Shown in pieces: positions 62,383-64,000 of a stretch of DNA of 64,000 nt. Position 1 is the first letter of the stretch; every line of letters starts with the position of its first letter. The notes under the pieces were generated by a model. It was not told the DNA's origin. It was given only the letters and a program-made list of their open reading frames with translations, and did not search any database. Origin of the DNA: Flavobacteriales bacterium (lineage in GTDB: Bacteria; Bacteroidota; Bacteroidia; Flavobacteriales; Flavobacteriaceae); NCBI GenBank assembly GCA_020635875.1, contig JACJYY010000004.1:232904-296903 (forward strand), read 5' to 3'. The position numbers and the translations under genes were made by a program.

Positions 62383-62727
62383 ATGACATTAGCTCAATTA
62401 AAAGACAAATTAGCCTCAAACCCAAGTAGCATTGAATTTGATGAAGTAATCACACTAATAGGAGATTTGTACAATTTTACACCGACTGCTTTCAAGAATG
62501 GAGATACTAGCAATGATGCTGGTCAAAATAACGGATCTTGTAAATTATTTGCTTTTGCTAAAGATCAAAACTTCTCAAAAGAAGATACCTTAGCATGTTT
62601 TGGAATTTATTACCATAAGTTTGTTCTGGAAAATCCAGGAGGTAACGACCATCAAAACATTCGTAATTTCATGAAATACGGTTGGGGCGGAATCCAATTT
62701 CAAGGACAACCTTTACAAGCTAAGTAG
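62383..62727 (+). CDS. HopJ-family protein
   Basis: NGSCKLFAFA, DHQNIRNFM. Confidence 0.85.
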   Translation: MTLAQLKDKLASNPSSIEFDEVITLIGDLYNFTPTAFKNGDTSNDAGQNNGSCKLFAFAKDQNFSKEDTLACFGIYYHKFVLENPGGNDHQNIRNFMKYGWGGIQFQGQPLQAK

Positions 62728-62987
62728 TGAATAAGTTTAATGAAATAAGCAGGTCCGATTTATTAGCCATTGAACGTACTCGTTTAGCTAATGAACGGAC
62801 TTTCTTGGCTTATTTCAGAACTTTTATCGTTTTTCTAAGTTCTGGATTTGCTATTTTCAAAATCGAAATATTCAGTAGCCTCAAGAGTCTAGGTTATTTT
62901 TTTATCGGAGTTTCTTTCGCGCTGTTAATTATGGGAATCGCTCGATTCTTATATGTAAAAAGACAAATCAAAAAGTCTTATTACTAG
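62727..62987 (+). CDS. DUF202 (YidH-like) membrane protein
   Basis: LAIERTRLANERTFLAYFRT. Confidence 0.88.
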   Translation: MNKFNEISRSDLLAIERTRLANERTFLAYFRTFIVFLSSGFAIFKIEIFSSLKSLGYFFIGVSFALLIMGIARFLYVKRQIKKSYY

Positions 62988-62990
62988 CTC

Positions 62991-64000
62991 CTATTTTATC
63001 TTAACCAATACCTTATACTCATAAGGTTGTAACATAAATTTAGTGGATTTAGTTATATCCAAATCTTTTCTTTTAAAAAGATCTCTATACTTACCTTCAA
63101 TTCCTTTTGTATTTATTTTTGTATCAACGTACTCCGTTGACATATTAGCAACAACCACTACTCTATCACCGTTTTTTTGTCTGTAGAAAGCAAACACATT
63201 ATCATCTTTGGACTCTAATTGAACCATTCGACCACCGTATTTACCATTCCATAAGGCCTGGTTTTTATGTTTTAAATCGAATAACTTTTTATACAGACCT
63301 AAATTCTTATGTGCTCTCCATTCGATTTGATCTTTTTCAAAGAATTTCAAAGATTTGCTATTCCCAGCTTCTTGTCCAGAGTAAACCAATGGCATACCAT
63401 CCATTAAGGCCGACAATACAATAGCTGTTTCATAAAAGTTGCCAAAGTTTTCTTGCGGTGTACCGTCCCATGAATTTTTGTCATGATTATCCGTAAATAG
63501 CATTTTATAATGCTCCGTAGGAAATTCGGAATTATGCTTTGCTAACCATGTTGATACAATTTTATTAGTACTATGCGCTTCATCTTTATTCACATGCATA
63601 GATTCGTATAAATCCCAATCATAAACCATATCAAATGCCTCAAAATACTTTGATGAATTGCCTTCCGCTAACATAAAAACTTGCTTTATTTTTTCGATTT
63701 CTTTTCGAGCATCTATCCAAAAATCTAAAGGCACCATTTCTGCAACATCACAACGATAACCATCAATATTGGTTTCTTTAACCCAATACACTAATGCATC
63801 CGTCATAGCTTGGCGCAAACCTGGCTCATCATAATTAAGGTCAGCTACATCGTACCAATCCGTTCCAGGAACAGTAATCGGGGCGTTTCCTTTTTCGTCT
63901 TTCGTGTAAAACTCAATATTACTATCCACCCAAACATTATCAGGCGCAGAATGATTGGCAACCCAATCAATGATAACTTTTAAATCCAAATCATGAGCTG
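62991..64000 (-). CDS. GH13 alpha-amylase family glycosidase, C-terminal part; gene starts beyond the window
   Basis: DWVANH, DGYRCDVA, LAEG, NHDKN; frame open to the window end. Confidence 0.93.
   Translation of the reverse strand, partial: AHDLDLKVIIDWVANHSAPDNVWVDSNIEFYTKDEKGNAPITVPGTDWYDVADLNYDEPGLRQAMTDALVYWVKETNIDGYRCDVAEMVPLDFWIDARKEIEKIKQVFMLAEGNSSKYFEAFDMVYDWDLYESMHVNKDEAHSTNKIVSTWLAKHNSEFPTEHYKMLFTDNHDKNSWDGTPQENFGNFYETAIVLSALMDGMPLVYSGQEAGNSKSLKFFEKDQIEWRAHKNLGLYKKLFDLKHKNQALWNGKYGGRMVQLESKDDNVFAFYRQKNGDRVVVVANMSTEYVDTKINTKGIEGKYRDLFKRKDLDITKSTKFMLQPYEYKVLVKIK

Noticed and set aside
62383-62727. Type III secretion effector
   Set aside because: HopJ-family proteins are widespread without a T3SS, and no secretion genes are present here.

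Overview
AT-rich chromosomal window from a Bacteroidota bacterium, most likely Flavobacteriaceae (T9SS C-terminal domain, TAnnTTTG -7 promoter boxes, typical gene order). The core scaffold includes menB, cvfB, menD, dnaA, mltG, dapF, htrA, guaB, ychF, serC, serA, a cobalamin riboswitch with btuB/btuG, glycosyltransferase/flippase, and a MarR-nitroreductase-YceI operon. Accessory patches are interspersed. The most notable non-coding signal is at 5.39-6.16 kb: a cluster of XerC/XerD dif-like sites in both orientations interleaved with long hairpins. It directly follows a 5'-truncated PD-(D/E)xK nuclease gene and may be the chromosome terminus with remnants of Xer-integrated elements, only about 10 kb from dnaA. 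Other highlights are a sulfur-relay operon fragment truncated at both ends (split YeeE/YedE plus rhodanese-fold proteins without the catalytic Cys, one with a SoxY-like C-terminal GGC arm), a bactofilin with an apparent Sec signal peptide, a T9SS LRR gene bracketed by a ~113-bp direct repeat, a two-gene inositol-lipid module, a Xus-like xenosiderophore locus, and a FISUMP gene broken by one TGA. No rRNA, tRNA, CRISPR array, integrase or transposase was seen. All family calls come from motif recognition by eye, not database searches.
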